From contig OZ253442.1 of NCBI GenBank assembly GCA_965261085.1, positions 3,168,001 through 3,232,000 on the forward strand: a stretch of DNA of 64,000 bases, in the 5' to 3' direction. Of this stretch, positions 19,676 to 30,059 are shown in pieces. The notes below the pieces were generated by a model. It saw only the letters and a list, made by a program, of their open reading frames with translations, was not told the origin of the DNA and searched no databases. The stretch is from a bacterium (GTDB taxonomy: Bacteria > UBA8248). Every line of letters starts with the position of its first letter. Position 1 is the stretch's first letter. A program made the translations under genes and the position numbers.

Positions 19676-20947
19676 TTACTTCAGAACCGCACTGATTTGC
19701 TTGCAGGCGTCCTGCATGGCCTGCTTGGCGCTCTTCTTCTTCTGCAGGAAGTTGATGACTTCCTGCGAGGTGGCGTCGCTGATCTCCGACGCGCGTGGAT
19801 GCTGGGCGGCGCCGCTTCCCCTGCTGAGGGCGGTCAGCCACGCCTTCGCCACCGGAAACCTCTTTAGATAGTCCGCGTTGGTGTAGACCGAACTGCGGAT
19901 GGGGCCGTTCGCCCATTGAAGGGCGCCCCGGAGTTGGTTCTTCTTGTTGCTGAGCGCCATGATGAGCTCCCAGGCCGCCGCTTTATTTTTGCTCTTCTTA
20001 TCCATGATGAGGTACCAGCCGCCGTTCAGGGTGGCGCCGCGGTTCTTCCCGTCCATCGAGGGGACGAGGAACCAGCCCAGCTTGTCGGCCGTCTTGGACT
20101 TCTTGGGGTTGGTCATCAGGCCCCAGTAGGGGGAGAAGTACACCCCCATGGCCGCGCGGCCCTGCATCATGGCTGTGCGGTATTCGTCCCGCCCCCAGGC
20201 CAGCATGTCGGGAGGGGACCAGCCGCTCTGGAAGGGTTTACCGAAGATTTCGAGCATCTTGATCGAATCGGCGCGGTCGAGCAGGCAGGTCTTGTTGTCG
20301 GCGGAGAGCACGCCGTGGCCCGTGCTGTGGAGATAGCGCAGGAAATCCTGCTCCACGTGGACGCCGGGCTTTCCGCGTTGGACGACGCCGTAGACCTTGC
20401 CGGGCTGGTTCAGCTTCTCGGCCGCGGCGAGAAACTCGTCCCAGGTTTTGGGAATCGAGACTTTGGCCGCCGCGAAGAGGTCCTTGCGGTAGTAGACGAT
20501 TCCCGTTCCCGTCCGGTAGGGAACTCCGTAGGAGGGCCCATTAGGTTTGGGAAAGCGGGTGGTCGCCGAGAGGGCGGGGATGATGTCCCCAAAGGCGTAT
20601 TCCGCCGGAGCGCTCTTGATGTATGTGTCCAGCGGTTCGAGAAAGCCGATGGTTTCGGGGTTGACCCACGCGTCCACCCAGGACACCACGTCGAACTGCC
20701 CGCCCCCGGCCGCGAAGGAAAGCACCGCTTTGTCCTTGATCTTCCCGTAGGGGGTGGTCACCACGGTCACCTTGATGCCCATTTCCTTCTCGAGGTCGGC
20801 CACGACGCCCTTCGGCCCGCCCGCCGCCTTGAACAGGGTCGGGTGGATGAGGAGGGTGACCTTCTTGGCCGCCGCGGCGGGCAGCGCGAGCCCCGCTACG
20901 AGGGCGGCCACGGCAACAAGGCACAGCCAGCGTCTGGAACGTTTCAT
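19676..20947 (-). CDS. CUT1 ABC transporter substrate-binding protein
   Basis: Signal peptide from MKRSRR after GGAGG; YYRKDLF, PKTWDEF, SKNKAAAWE. Confidence 0.9.
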   Translation of the reverse strand: MKRSRRWLCLVAVAALVAGLALPAAAAKKVTLLIHPTLFKAAGGPKGVVADLEKEMGIKVTVVTTPYGKIKDKAVLSFAAGGGQFDVVSWVDAWVNPETIGFLEPLDTYIKSAPAEYAFGDIIPALSATTRFPKPNGPSYGVPYRTGTGIVYYRKDLFAAAKVSIPKTWDEFLAAAEKLNQPGKVYGVVQRGKPGVHVEQDFLRYLHSTGHGVLSADNKTCLLDRADSIKMLEIFGKPFQSGWSPPDMLAWGRDEYRTAMMQGRAAMGVYFSPYWGLMTNPKKSKTADKLGWFLVPSMDGKNRGATLNGGWYLIMDKKSKNKAAAWELIMALSNKKNQLRGALQWANGPIRSSVYTNADYLKRFPVAKAWLTALSRGSGAAQHPRASEISDATSQEVINFLQKKKSAKQAMQDACKQISAVLK

Positions 20948-20999
20948 CGTTTTTCCTCCCTTTTCTGGGTAATCGGATGATGCGAATTCCAAGGAGCGG

Positions 21000-22385
21000 T
21001 CATACCACCGCTCCATCCTGGCGAAGCTTATCCCGCAGGGGCTCGACCGGCAGTTCGCGCGGGGTCGTCCTGCGCTCCACGCACATGGCCGCCGCCGTAC
21101 CCGCCGCCTGGCCGATGGTCATGATGTGGGCCTGGTTGCGCACGGAGCCGTTCGCGAAGCGGTCGCTCGAGACGGGCCGGCCCGCCACGAGGCAGTTCTC
21201 TATCTTCTGGGGGAGCATGACGCCGTAGGGAATGCCGTAGGACTCGCCGTCCCTGATGTGCTTGTGCTCGATCACGCCGGAGGGCTGGTGGACGTCCAGG
21301 CAATAGGCCCCCTGGCCGATGTCGCGCGGCCCCTTGCGCGCCTCGACGCAATCCTCGGTGGTGAGGGTCTCCTCACCCACGATGCGGCGCGTCTCGCGCA
21401 CCCCGATGGCCGAGGCCGAATCCATGACGTAGCACTCCTCGAAGCCGGGCGCGTATTTGCGGTAGAAATCGCGCACCTTGAATATCTGCTCGCGGCCCTC
21501 GATGGCGACCTGGTTCAGATCGTCGTTGTCGATCCCGCTGTAGCCCAGCATGCTCGTCGAGTTGATGGTGACCACGCCGGGAATGTTGGTGATGGAGAAC
21601 ACCACCCGCTGTCTGTTCGGGTGAAACTCCCCGCGCGACTGGGCGAGCTTGACCGACTCGTAATAGCCGGTGACGAGGGGGTAGTCCTTATGGGTGCGAA
21701 GCCCTGCGGCGATTTCCTCGCGGCTCTTCCCGATATAGGGGTCCTCTCCGAGCATGAAATTACGCGGGTTGGCCTTGACGTGCTGGATATGCCGGTCCAG
21801 GTCCACGTTCCCCATGCGGGAGAAGAGGCTGATGGACATCATCTGGCCCTCTTCGTTCCCGAGGTGGAAGGGCGCGCCCGCCTGCGCGGCGATGTCCGCG
21901 TCCCCGCTCGCGTCGATGACGATTTGCGCGCGGATATCACTCTCCCCGCTCTTGTTCACGATGCGCGCGCCGGCCACCCTGTCGCCATCCATGACGGGTC
22001 CGATGGTGTAGGTGTTCAGCACCAGGTCCACCCCTGCGTCCAGGCAGAGCTTCTGGTTCACGAGCTTGAGCACTTCGCCGTCCTGGGGCGTTACGGAGTA
22101 GGAGTTGCCATAAGCGTTGTGGAGGTGGCCCTCCGGAAAGGCGCCGCCCAGCCGGATGAGCTCGTCCACGATCTCCTGGGGGATGCCGTTGCAGATTTGC
22201 TCCCCCTTCATGTTGTGGAAGGTGAGGAAGTTGCCGAGAAGGCCCGCTGTCGCGTTGCCTCCCAGGAAGGCGTAGCGATCCGTGAGGACGGTGCGCGCTC
22301 CATGGCGCGCCGCGGCGATCGCGGCGCACACACCGGCCATGCCTGCTCCCACGACGAGGACGTCGACGTTGCTCCTATCGGCCAT
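21000..22385 (-). CDS. FAD-dependent oxidoreductase (FAD_oxidored-type)
   Basis: DVLVVGAGMAG, LGG, IDASGDAD, GVRETRRIVG, YGIPY, GQAAGTAAA; ATG at 22385 after AGGAG. Confidence 0.9.
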   Translation of the reverse strand: MADRSNVDVLVVGAGMAGVCAAIAAARHGARTVLTDRYAFLGGNATAGLLGNFLTFHNMKGEQICNGIPQEIVDELIRLGGAFPEGHLHNAYGNSYSVTPQDGEVLKLVNQKLCLDAGVDLVLNTYTIGPVMDGDRVAGARIVNKSGESDIRAQIVIDASGDADIAAQAGAPFHLGNEEGQMMSISLFSRMGNVDLDRHIQHVKANPRNFMLGEDPYIGKSREEIAAGLRTHKDYPLVTGYYESVKLAQSRGEFHPNRQRVVFSITNIPGVVTINSTSMLGYSGIDNDDLNQVAIEGREQIFKVRDFYRKYAPGFEECYVMDSASAIGVRETRRIVGEETLTTEDCVEARKGPRDIGQGAYCLDVHQPSGVIEHKHIRDGESYGIPYGVMLPQKIENCLVAGRPVSSDRFANGSVRNQAHIMTIGQAAGTAAAMCVERRTTPRELPVEPLRDKLRQDGAVV

Positions 22386-22470
22386 CGGTGTCTCCTTTTC
22401 TCTCCGAGTAAACCTCCGCCGGGAGGCGTTGTCAGTCTTTCGCGCGGGGTCTCCCCCCGCCGTATCCCGC

Positions 22471-23505
22471 CTAGTCCCGTATCGGCTTCGTGACCGCCCG
22501 GGTCTCGCCGTAGGTGGGGAAGAAAAGCGTGTGGCTCCCTGGCCCCCCCGCCACAGCGAGGAGAATGTTTTCCGGCCCATCCACCACCGGAACGGCCTCG
22601 GGTCCCGAGTCCGCAAAAAGCTGCGGACGCCTGCCCCGCACGCGCTCGGCGATCTCGGGTGAAAAACTCGAGAGCGGCACCCACGCTTGTTCGAAGAGCG
22701 CGCGCTGCACGTCCTCGCGGCCCATGCCGCCCGAGGCGAGGAGACCTAGGTGCTGGGGGCTGATGACGAGGAGCACCTCGCCGCCGCCCTGGGCGTTGTT
22801 CGAGCCGGGGTAGGCCATCGTGCCGGCTATCATGCGGAGCACGCTTTCTGCGCTGCCGCTCGCGTAATCGTTCACGTTCACCGGGGCGTCCGCACCCACC
22901 ACCGTCACCGCGCTTTGTTCCGCGCGAAAGCCCCGCGTCGTATGGAGCGGCTCCCAGCCGCAGGCCGCCTCGGTGAAACACGCGGAGAACTTACCCCCGT
23001 GGCCGAAAGTGGCCATGTCGGTCTCGCCGGGCACCGCCATCCCCAGCCGCACGGCGGCCAGGCGGACGGCGCGGCCGATGGTGGCGTTCGCCCTAAAGCC
23101 CGGCCCCAGGCATCCGCTCCCCGAATGCATCCCGAGCCGCTCGGCAATCGGCCCGTGGACGATCACCAAAGGGGAGGCGAGTTCGGTAGTCGCCTGGACG
23201 GCCAGGAAATTGAACTCAGGTTCCATAACGGCTTCGAGCGCCGCCAGAACCACCGGGAAGTACGCCGGCTTGCACCCCGCGATAACCGCGCAGAGGGCCG
23301 CATCTCCAACCGTCACCTCTTCCATGCCGGGCGCCATGATCCCCAGAACGTGGCCGGAACCCTCCTGCACGGCGGCGAGCATGGCGTCGACCGCTCTGCG
23401 CGTGGGGGGGATAAGGGGAAGTCCGTCGCCCGGCCCTGCCTCCATCGCGGCTTCGAGGGCGGCTTCCGCACCTGGCGGCAGTTCACTCAGCAGCGCCTCG
23501 GGCAT
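22471..23505 (-). CDS. Uncharacterised UGSC-associated 'DGLP' family protein (copy 3)
   Basis: DGLPLIPPT, AGCKP, NATIGRA, TFGHGGKF, GGPGSH; collinear with 33824..34879 and with the C-terminal domain of 23509..25116. Confidence 0.85.
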   Translation of the reverse strand: MPEALLSELPPGAEAALEAAMEAGPGDGLPLIPPTRRAVDAMLAAVQEGSGHVLGIMAPGMEEVTVGDAALCAVIAGCKPAYFPVVLAALEAVMEPEFNFLAVQATTELASPLVIVHGPIAERLGMHSGSGCLGPGFRANATIGRAVRLAAVRLGMAVPGETDMATFGHGGKFSACFTEAACGWEPLHTTRGFRAEQSAVTVVGADAPVNVNDYASGSAESVLRMIAGTMAYPGSNNAQGGGEVLLVISPQHLGLLASGGMGREDVQRALFEQAWVPLSSFSPEIAERVRGRRPQLFADSGPEAVPVVDGPENILLAVAGGPGSHTLFFPTYGETRAVTKPIRD

Positions 23506-23508
23506 GGT

Positions 23509-25116
23509 CTAGTCGATCTTCCGCGTGATGGATCGGTGGTTCAGCGCGCCCGGAGCAAGGAGGGAGTTCGGCCCCGCGCCGCCGTGCACCAAGATGGTGA
23601 TGTCGTCCTTGTCCTCGACGAAGGGCATCGTCGCGCCCTCCACCGTGTTCACTCCGTAGAGCATCTGCTTCCAGTCGCTCCAGCGCTCCCGTGATTCGGG
23701 GGGATAGGCCTGGACCGGAACCCGGTAGACCTCATAGAGGAAATCGCGCACGAGCTTCTTGTCGAACCCGGCCTCGGCGACCTTGTTCGCATGGGTGGGG
23801 CCGAAGATGAGCATGATCTCGCAGCGGCCGAACTGCGGCCGGGTGCCCGAGCAGGCGGCGACGGTCCCGAAGGTGCCCAGGATGCCTTGCGCGGTGAGCG
23901 CGCTGTGGTCGTCCACCATGTGGAGCGGTTCGGCGGTGAACACCGTCACCACGCTGTCCGTCTCGGAAAAACCCTTCTCCACGTGGAGCGGTTCCCAGGG
24001 GCTCTGCTCGACGTTCTCGGTGATGGCGTCGAAATACTTGGCGAAATGACCCTGGCATGTCGCGCCCCGGCTTTCCAGGTCGCCGATGCAGTTGAACATG
24101 ATGAGCTTGACCGCGCGGCCGATGGAGGCGTTCACCCCCCAGCCCTGCGCGCTCAAATCGCGCCCGTCGCTCATCCCGATCTCCCGGGCGATGGGGCCGC
24201 TCACCACGACGATGGGAAACAGGGTATGCGCCGTGGTGATGACGTGGTTGACGTGGTACTCCTCGGCCGCCATGGCCTGCACCGCCGTCACGAGGATGGG
24301 CATGGCTCCAGGCTTACAGCCCGCCATAATGGCGTTGGCCGCGATGCGCTCGACGGTGATGTCCGCGAGCCTCGGCATGAGGCGGGTGATGACCTCATCC
24401 CCCTTGCGGCCCGAGGCCGCCACGAACCTCTCCACCATTTCCAGGGTGGGGGGGATGATGGGCAGTCCGTCCGTCGCCCCCAGATCCAAGAGCGTTTGGT
24501 TAGCGCCGGCGGGGTCTCCGTCGATCGTGAGGACCCGCTCGATGGGGTCCTCCTCGGTCTCGGCGGCTCCTCCGTTCGCGGTGTTCATCCACTCGGCGGC
24601 CACCGAATCCACGCCGTTTTGCGCGATGCGCATCAGGGCGTCTCCGCCCTGGTGGGCCACGGAGTCATCCACGAGAAGTAGGCGGAGGTGGGGGGATTTG
24701 TAGGCGCGGGCGAAGCTGCGCGCCGCCGTCTCGAACCCGTTGCCCACCACCACGACGGTGGGGACGCCGCGTTTTTCCAGCTCGGCCGAGTCGTGGACAC
24801 TCCACGACGTGCAGCCCCCTCAGACCCCGAAGCCGGTCACCGCCACGTCGCAGTTCGAGGCGATCTCGTCCAGCGTTTCCTGCCCGGCGCCCTGGGCGGC
24901 CCAGCCCTTCTTGCGCACCAAGAGCTTCGCGTCGTGGCGCTGCGCGAAGGCTTCGCCGACGAAGTTCAGAAAATCACCCGCGTGGGGCATGCTGTTGTCG
25001 AGGAGGGCGATGCGGAGCCCGTCCAGGCCCGTCACCGTAGCGTCTGCGCGGGGGCCGTCATCCTGGGCCACGGCGGCGACGGGATTGATGATTTCGATTC
25101 GACTGTTTGCATCCAT
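23509..25116 (-). CDS. Probable selenoprotein (535 aa, Sec99, UGGC): UGSC-family domain fused to a 'DGLP' domain
   Basis: ORFs 24820..25185 and 23509..24753 are in one frame and separated only by TGA 24820-24822; read-through gives VTGFGV-U-GGCTSWSVHDSAELEKRGVPTV; SECIS-like hairpin; ATG 25116 after GGAGGGAG. Confidence 0.88.
24790..24808 (-). promoter_or_regulatory. Bacterial SECIS-like hairpin
   Basis: GUCGUGGA-GUG-UCCACGAC, perfect 8-bp stem beginning after an 11-nt spacer from the UGA; loop starts GU. Confidence 0.75.
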
Positions 25117-25204
25117 ACCCGAACTCCCTCCGAATATGCGGGGAACACGCACTCCGCTCCCTAGGGGACAGCCAGTGGTCTTCAATTTTTTTCAGATAAG
25201 GCAC

Positions 25205-25232
25205 TTTATAGCAAAATCTGATCGCATGTCAA
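25205..25232 (-). promoter_or_regulatory. Sigma70 promoter of the UGGC-fusion operon
   Basis: TTGACA-N16-TATAAA with TGn extended -10, about 90 nt upstream of ATG 25116. Confidence 0.65.
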
Positions 25233-25368
25233 TTCTTCCGGGGGTGCGTCCGATGACTGCAGCCCGCTTTCCCCAGCCGAAAATTTTCATTCGGCACGAA
25301 ACGATATCAAGGCCAGGTCAAGGAGCCAGTATTGGAGGGCGCAGCACGTCACTATAGATAAACTTTCC

Positions 25369-26499
25369 TTAAAGCAAACTGACCACCCGCTCTAGTTCTT
25401 CTTCGGTATTATAAAAATGCGGCGCAAAACGAAGAGCACTGTCGCGAGCGCTGGCGATGATTCTCTTCTCACGCAGAAGCTCCACCACCTTCCTGGGATT
25501 GGACGACTCGATGCTCACAATGGCGGCGCGCTCCTCCCAGGAACGAGGAGTCAGAATCTTCTCCCCCCGCCTCTCCAGTAACTCCATCAAATAAGTCGTC
25601 AACTGCCGTACACGCTCCTCGATGTGCTCAAGTCCCACCCCTGCAAGGAACTCGGCCGAGCGGCCAAGGACCCACAGACCCAGATAATTGGGATTTCCGA
25701 TCTCGAACCGGTGGGCATCCGGGGCCAGTCCGACTTCCATCCGGTCGAGCACTTCGCGAACCATGCTGGCGCGGGCATAGAAAGGAGGCTTCATCTCGGG
25801 AATCAAGTCTTCGCGGCAATAGAGAAAACCCGTGCCAGGCAGACCGAGCAATCCCTTGTGCCCGCCACAGACCACGATATCCGCCCCGAGGGCCGGCAAT
25901 GATGCCGAGAGGATCCCGATTCCCTGAATCGCATCCGTCATCAAAAGAATCCCGCGCTCGCGGCAGGCCGCGCTCAGGGCAGGCAGGTCTATTCGGCAAC
26001 CGGTCCCGAAAATCACGTAGGAAACCGCTACGACGCGCGTTCTCTCATCCATCAGTTCGATGAACGCCTCCGGCGGGAAGCGGCCGTCCCGATTTCGCAC
26101 CCATCGCAATTCGACGCCTCTTTCCTCGAGGCGCTTCCAGGCATACACCTGGTTCGGGTGGTCCATTTCCGTCTGGACGACGTTATCTCCCGCCTTGAGA
26201 TCCAGGGCCTGTACAGCGATGTTCAAACCCTCTGAAGTATTTTTGATGAACGCGATTGTCCGGGGCGAGACGCCCAGGAGCGAAGCCAGCGAAGAACGAA
26301 TCTCTTCCACACGGAGTTTGGAAAAAGCCCCACGAACGCCGAGTTCATTCAACTCTCGCAGGAATTCCGGAATGGCGTCCTGAGCGCACTGGGGAAGGGG
26401 CGCTTTGTTGGCGAGGTCCAGATAGGTCCAATGCTGCGTGACCGGAAATTCATTCCGGAGGGCCGTGAAATCCGGAGCAATCGCCTGTTTTTCGATCAT
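25369..26499 (-). CDS. Aminotransferase class V PLP enzyme (lyase-like)
   Basis: YLDLA..APLP, NTSEGLN, DAIQG, CGGHKGLLG, RFEIG, RFAPHFYN. Confidence 0.88.
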   Translation of the reverse strand: MIEKQAIAPDFTALRNEFPVTQHWTYLDLANKAPLPQCAQDAIPEFLRELNELGVRGAFSKLRVEEIRSSLASLLGVSPRTIAFIKNTSEGLNIAVQALDLKAGDNVVQTEMDHPNQVYAWKRLEERGVELRWVRNRDGRFPPEAFIELMDERTRVVAVSYVIFGTGCRIDLPALSAACRERGILLMTDAIQGIGILSASLPALGADIVVCGGHKGLLGLPGTGFLYCREDLIPEMKPPFYARASMVREVLDRMEVGLAPDAHRFEIGNPNYLGLWVLGRSAEFLAGVGLEHIEERVRQLTTYLMELLERRGEKILTPRSWEERAAIVSIESSNPRKVVELLREKRIIASARDSALRFAPHFYNTEEELERVVSLL

Positions 26500-26631
26500 C
26501 AGTCTTTCTCCTGTCACAAAAGTCCGGAAACCCATTTTCGCCTGCTCATTATGGATCGCGCTACGATGGGTAATTACGTTCTCAAGAATTCAGGCAACAT
26601 GCAAACACATCATCAGGCGCCGGGCGCCCGC

Positions 26632-27933
26632 TTACGCCACGCCGCACCACTCGAGTATCAAGTGGAGCAACCCGTCGACAGAAAGCTGCAACTCGTCGAT
26701 ATAGGTAAATTCGTCGGGGATGTGACCCCGCGGGCAATTTCCTCCAAACATGATGGTGGGCGTGTCGCCGTAGAGAATCGGGAATCGCATATCCGTTGTC
26801 CCGTTCAGGGCCTGAAGCTGGGAAGGACGGCCCGTGACCCGTTCGGCTACGGACAAAGCCGTTCGGACAAACGGGTGCTCAGAATCGGTGAGGCAAGATT
26901 GCGCGCGTCTCTCCGTCCATTCCAAACGGGGCGGATGCTCACGAAGCCACGAGTCGGCCTCGGCGGCTCGGGTGAGGTGGTCTTCCACCAGTTTTTTCAC
27001 CTCCTCGATGCTTTCTTTAGGCGCCACCCCCGCCACGCCCTCCAGTACGCATTCGGCCGGGAGTTGCCCGATGGACACACCAGCACGCACCATGGTCACC
27101 ACAAGGTTCACCGTGCGAGGTTCGAGTCCGCTTATCTCAAAACGTTTTTCCACCAGGGGTTCGCGAACCGTGGCTCCTCTATGCGCGTCCAGCTCTCTGA
27201 GCGCGGCGTGGATATTCTCGGCTTTCTCGATGGCGTTCACGAAAAGATGCGCCGAACCTTTGTGACCGGCCTGGCCCGGCACGGTGATCCGGAAACTCAC
27301 ATCGCCGCCCGAACCGATATCCACGCCGCCGAATCCTCCCGGTTTCATATGGGTGTAGACGGCTCCATCCGCCTTAAGGCCGCGAAAAACGCACGCCAGC
27401 ATCCCCCCTCCGCCTCCTTCTTCTTCTTCGACGGTGGAGAGGAGAGTCAGATCCCCCTTGAGACGCACTCCGGCGCCTTGTAAGGCCCGGGCGCACGCAA
27501 TCATGACGGCCAACCCCGACTTGGCGTCTCCTGAACCCCGTCCATAGAGGCGATTGTCCTCCACCTCGCCCCCGAATGGATCTCGCGTCCAGGCAGTTCG
27601 CGGCCCAGGGGGAACCGTGTCGGCGTGACAAAACAGGAGGAGCGACCTGCCGCCTCCCGCTCCCCGCATGCGGCCGAGCACGTTCGGCCGGCCGGCATAC
27701 CCCTTCTCCAGCGAGAAGCGGGGGGCCGAAAACGCCGGATGCTCTCTCAACTCTTCCAGGTTCGCCTCGAACGCCTCCATCTCGAGACCGGTATCGGCAA
27801 ATCGTTTTTGCACCAGGGCCTGAACCGCCCCCTCCTCTCCCGTGGGGCTGGGAATTCGAACAAGTTCCTGAAGAAGAGCAACCACGTCGATTTGCCGAGC
27901 TTGGGAAATCACCTTTTCGAGAGCATCGTTCAT
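26632..27933 (-). CDS. M20 family deacylase/peptidase (ArgE/DapE-like)
   Basis: CHADTVP, LYGRGSGDAK, VEEEEGG, GHIPDE. Confidence 0.9.
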   Translation of the reverse strand: MNDALEKVISQARQIDVVALLQELVRIPSPTGEEGAVQALVQKRFADTGLEMEAFEANLEELREHPAFSAPRFSLEKGYAGRPNVLGRMRGAGGGRSLLLFCHADTVPPGPRTAWTRDPFGGEVEDNRLYGRGSGDAKSGLAVMIACARALQGAGVRLKGDLTLLSTVEEEEGGGGGMLACVFRGLKADGAVYTHMKPGGFGGVDIGSGGDVSFRITVPGQAGHKGSAHLFVNAIEKAENIHAALRELDAHRGATVREPLVEKRFEISGLEPRTVNLVVTMVRAGVSIGQLPAECVLEGVAGVAPKESIEEVKKLVEDHLTRAAEADSWLREHPPRLEWTERRAQSCLTDSEHPFVRTALSVAERVTGRPSQLQALNGTTDMRFPILYGDTPTIMFGGNCPRGHIPDEFTYIDELQLSVDGLLHLILEWCGVA

Positions 27934-28057
27934 TAAAAATCCTCCGGGAAAATCTTCTGCTTTTTTTGGATGGTACGTATTGTGCTTCCGTTTCGCCATC
28001 AAGCGTGCGAACCCAAGATCACCGGGCCTAATTTAGTGGAAAAGAAAGGCCCATTGA

Positions 28058-29083
28058 CTAAATGAGTGAACCGGCCGTGACGCCGACGCTCCCCGCAAAA
28101 TGACAGGCCACCGTGTGGCCGGGTTGGAACTCTCTCAGCACTGGCTTCTCTTCCACGCAACGCTGCTCGCTGTACGGACAACGGGTATGGAAACGGCATC
28201 CGGTCGGCGGGTCAAGGGCGGAAGGAACCTCTCCCTTGAGGATGATGCGCCGCCGCTGCCTGGCCTTCACCGGATCCGCCACCGGAGTGGCCGATAGCAG
28301 CGCCTGCGTATAAGGGTGTAATGGGGTGGTGAAGAGAGACTCAACCGCCGCAAGCTCCACGATCTCACCGAGGTACATGACCCCCACCCTGTCACAGACC
28401 GAGCGCACAACCCCCAGGTCGTGCGTGATGAAGAGGTAGGAGAGATCATGTTGCGCCTGAAGAGCTTTCATGAGGTTCAGGATCTGGGCGCGGATGGAGA
28501 TGTCGAGTGAGGAGACAGGCTCATCGGCGATCACCAGCCGGGGCTTCAGCGTGAGAGCCCGCGCGATGCCGATACGCTGACGCTGGCCGCCGCTGAGCTG
28601 GTGAGGATAGCGGTCCATGAAGATTTCGCCCGGCTCCATGCCCACCTGGTTCAGGAGATCAACGACGGTCTCATCAATCTCCCCTTTATTCACCACGTCA
28701 TGATTGAGGAAAGGCTGGCGCAGGATTGCCCGCACGGTGCGCCTGGGATTCAAGGATTCGAAGGGATCCTGAAAAATCATCTGCACTTCTCGATTGTACT
28801 GCTTGAGAGCGGGTCCTCTCAATTCCGCGACCTCTTGTTCGTCGAAGAGGATGCTTCCATCGTCGGGCTTTTCCAATTTCGCCAGCAAGCGGGCCGTCGT
28901 CGTTTTCCCGCAGCCGCTTTCACCCACCAGGGCGAACGATTCACCGGCTTTGACCGAGAAACTGATGTCGTCCACGGCGTGCACGTGGCGAGGAGGCCGG
29001 AACCATCCCCCTTCGACGGGAAAATGTTTCGTCAGCCTGCGCACTTGCAAGAGTGAATGATTCATGGAGGCGGGATCACTCAT
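28058..29083 (-). CDS. Peptide/nickel ABC ATP-binding protein (DppF-like)
   Basis: GESGCGKT, LSGGQRQR, C-terminal CRFHTRCP..C..C. Confidence 0.93.
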   Translation of the reverse strand: MSDPASMNHSLLQVRRLTKHFPVEGGWFRPPRHVHAVDDISFSVKAGESFALVGESGCGKTTTARLLAKLEKPDDGSILFDEQEVAELRGPALKQYNREVQMIFQDPFESLNPRRTVRAILRQPFLNHDVVNKGEIDETVVDLLNQVGMEPGEIFMDRYPHQLSGGQRQRIGIARALTLKPRLVIADEPVSSLDISIRAQILNLMKALQAQHDLSYLFITHDLGVVRSVCDRVGVMYLGEIVELAAVESLFTTPLHPYTQALLSATPVADPVKARQRRRIILKGEVPSALDPPTGCRFHTRCPYSEQRCVEEKPVLREFQPGHTVACHFAGSVGVTAGSLI

Positions 29084-30059
29084 AAAGCCAGCAAGCCACC
29101 ATCCGCCCCTTCCCCAAACTCAAGGAAGGCGGCGACTCTTCGCGGCAGATGTCTTTAACGTGGGGACAGCGCGGATGGAAGCGGCAACCCGACGGCATGT
29201 CTGTCGGGTTTGGCACCTGCCCTTCAATGGTTTCAAAAACCTCAACGCGCTTGTCGGGGCTGAGCGTCGAACGCAAGAGACCCACCGTATAGGGATGTTT
29301 CGGTTCGGCGAACAGGGTAAAGGTGTCGGCGTGCTCTACAATCTGGCCCGCATACATGATGTAGATTCGGTCGCAATGCTCCGCCACCAGGCCGATATCG
29401 TGGGTGATCAGGAACAGGGCGTTCTGGAGTTCCTCGCGAAGTTGGGCGAGCAGGTCCATGATTTGCGCCTGAATGGTTACATCCAGCGCCGTGGTGGGCT
29501 CATCGGCGATGAGCAGGGACGGGCGGCACGAAATGGCCATGGCGATGAGCACCCGTTGGCGCATGCCGCCGCTCAGCTGATGGGGGTAGCTATCGTAGAC
29601 CCTTTGGGGGGAAGGGATGCCGACATGATCGAATGCATCGAGCACCTGTGAGCGAGCTTCGCGTTTCGTGACCTCCTGGTGCTCCAACACCACCTCCGCC
29701 ACTTGGGCCCCGGCCCGCATGACGGGGTTCAAATAAGTCATGGGATCCTGAAAGACCATGGCGACCTCCTTTCCGCGGAGGTTGCGCATACTCGCCGCAT
29801 CCAGCGTCAGAAGATCCACGTCGTTCAACAGCACTTCGCCTGAGAGGATGCGGGCCACGACCGGCTGGAGCCGGATGATGCTGAGAGCCGTCATGGATTT
29901 CCCCGACCCCGACTCTCCAACCAGCGCAACCGCCTCCTTGCGGTTCACTTCCAGCGACACGCCGTCAACGGCTTTGATCACGCCGGCAGGGACATCGAGG
30001 TAGGTCCTCAGATCGGAGACCCGCAGGAGGCCATTTCGATTTTCCGCCTTCTTGTTCAT
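29076..30059 (-). CDS. Peptide/nickel ABC ATP-binding protein (DppD-like)
   Basis: [34 protein letters not shown]. Confidence 0.93.
   Translation of the reverse strand: MNKKAENRNGLLRVSDLRTYLDVPAGVIKAVDGVSLEVNRKEAVALVGESGSGKSMTALSIIRLQPVVARILSGEVLLNDVDLLTLDAASMRNLRGKEVAMVFQDPMTYLNPVMRAGAQVAEVVLEHQEVTKREARSQVLDAFDHVGIPSPQRVYDSYPHQLSGGMRQRVLIAMAISCRPSLLIADEPTTALDVTIQAQIMDLLAQLREELQNALFLITHDIGLVAEHCDRIYIMYAGQIVEHADTFTLFAEPKHPYTVGLLRSTLSPDKRVEVFETIEGQVPNPTDMPSGCRFHPRCPHVKDICREESPPSLSLGKGRMVACWLYE

Noticed and set aside
25369-26499. Calling the class V enzyme SelA or a SufS-type selenocysteine lyase
   Set aside because: No SelA features and no catalytic Cys loop; proximity to selenoproteins is not enough
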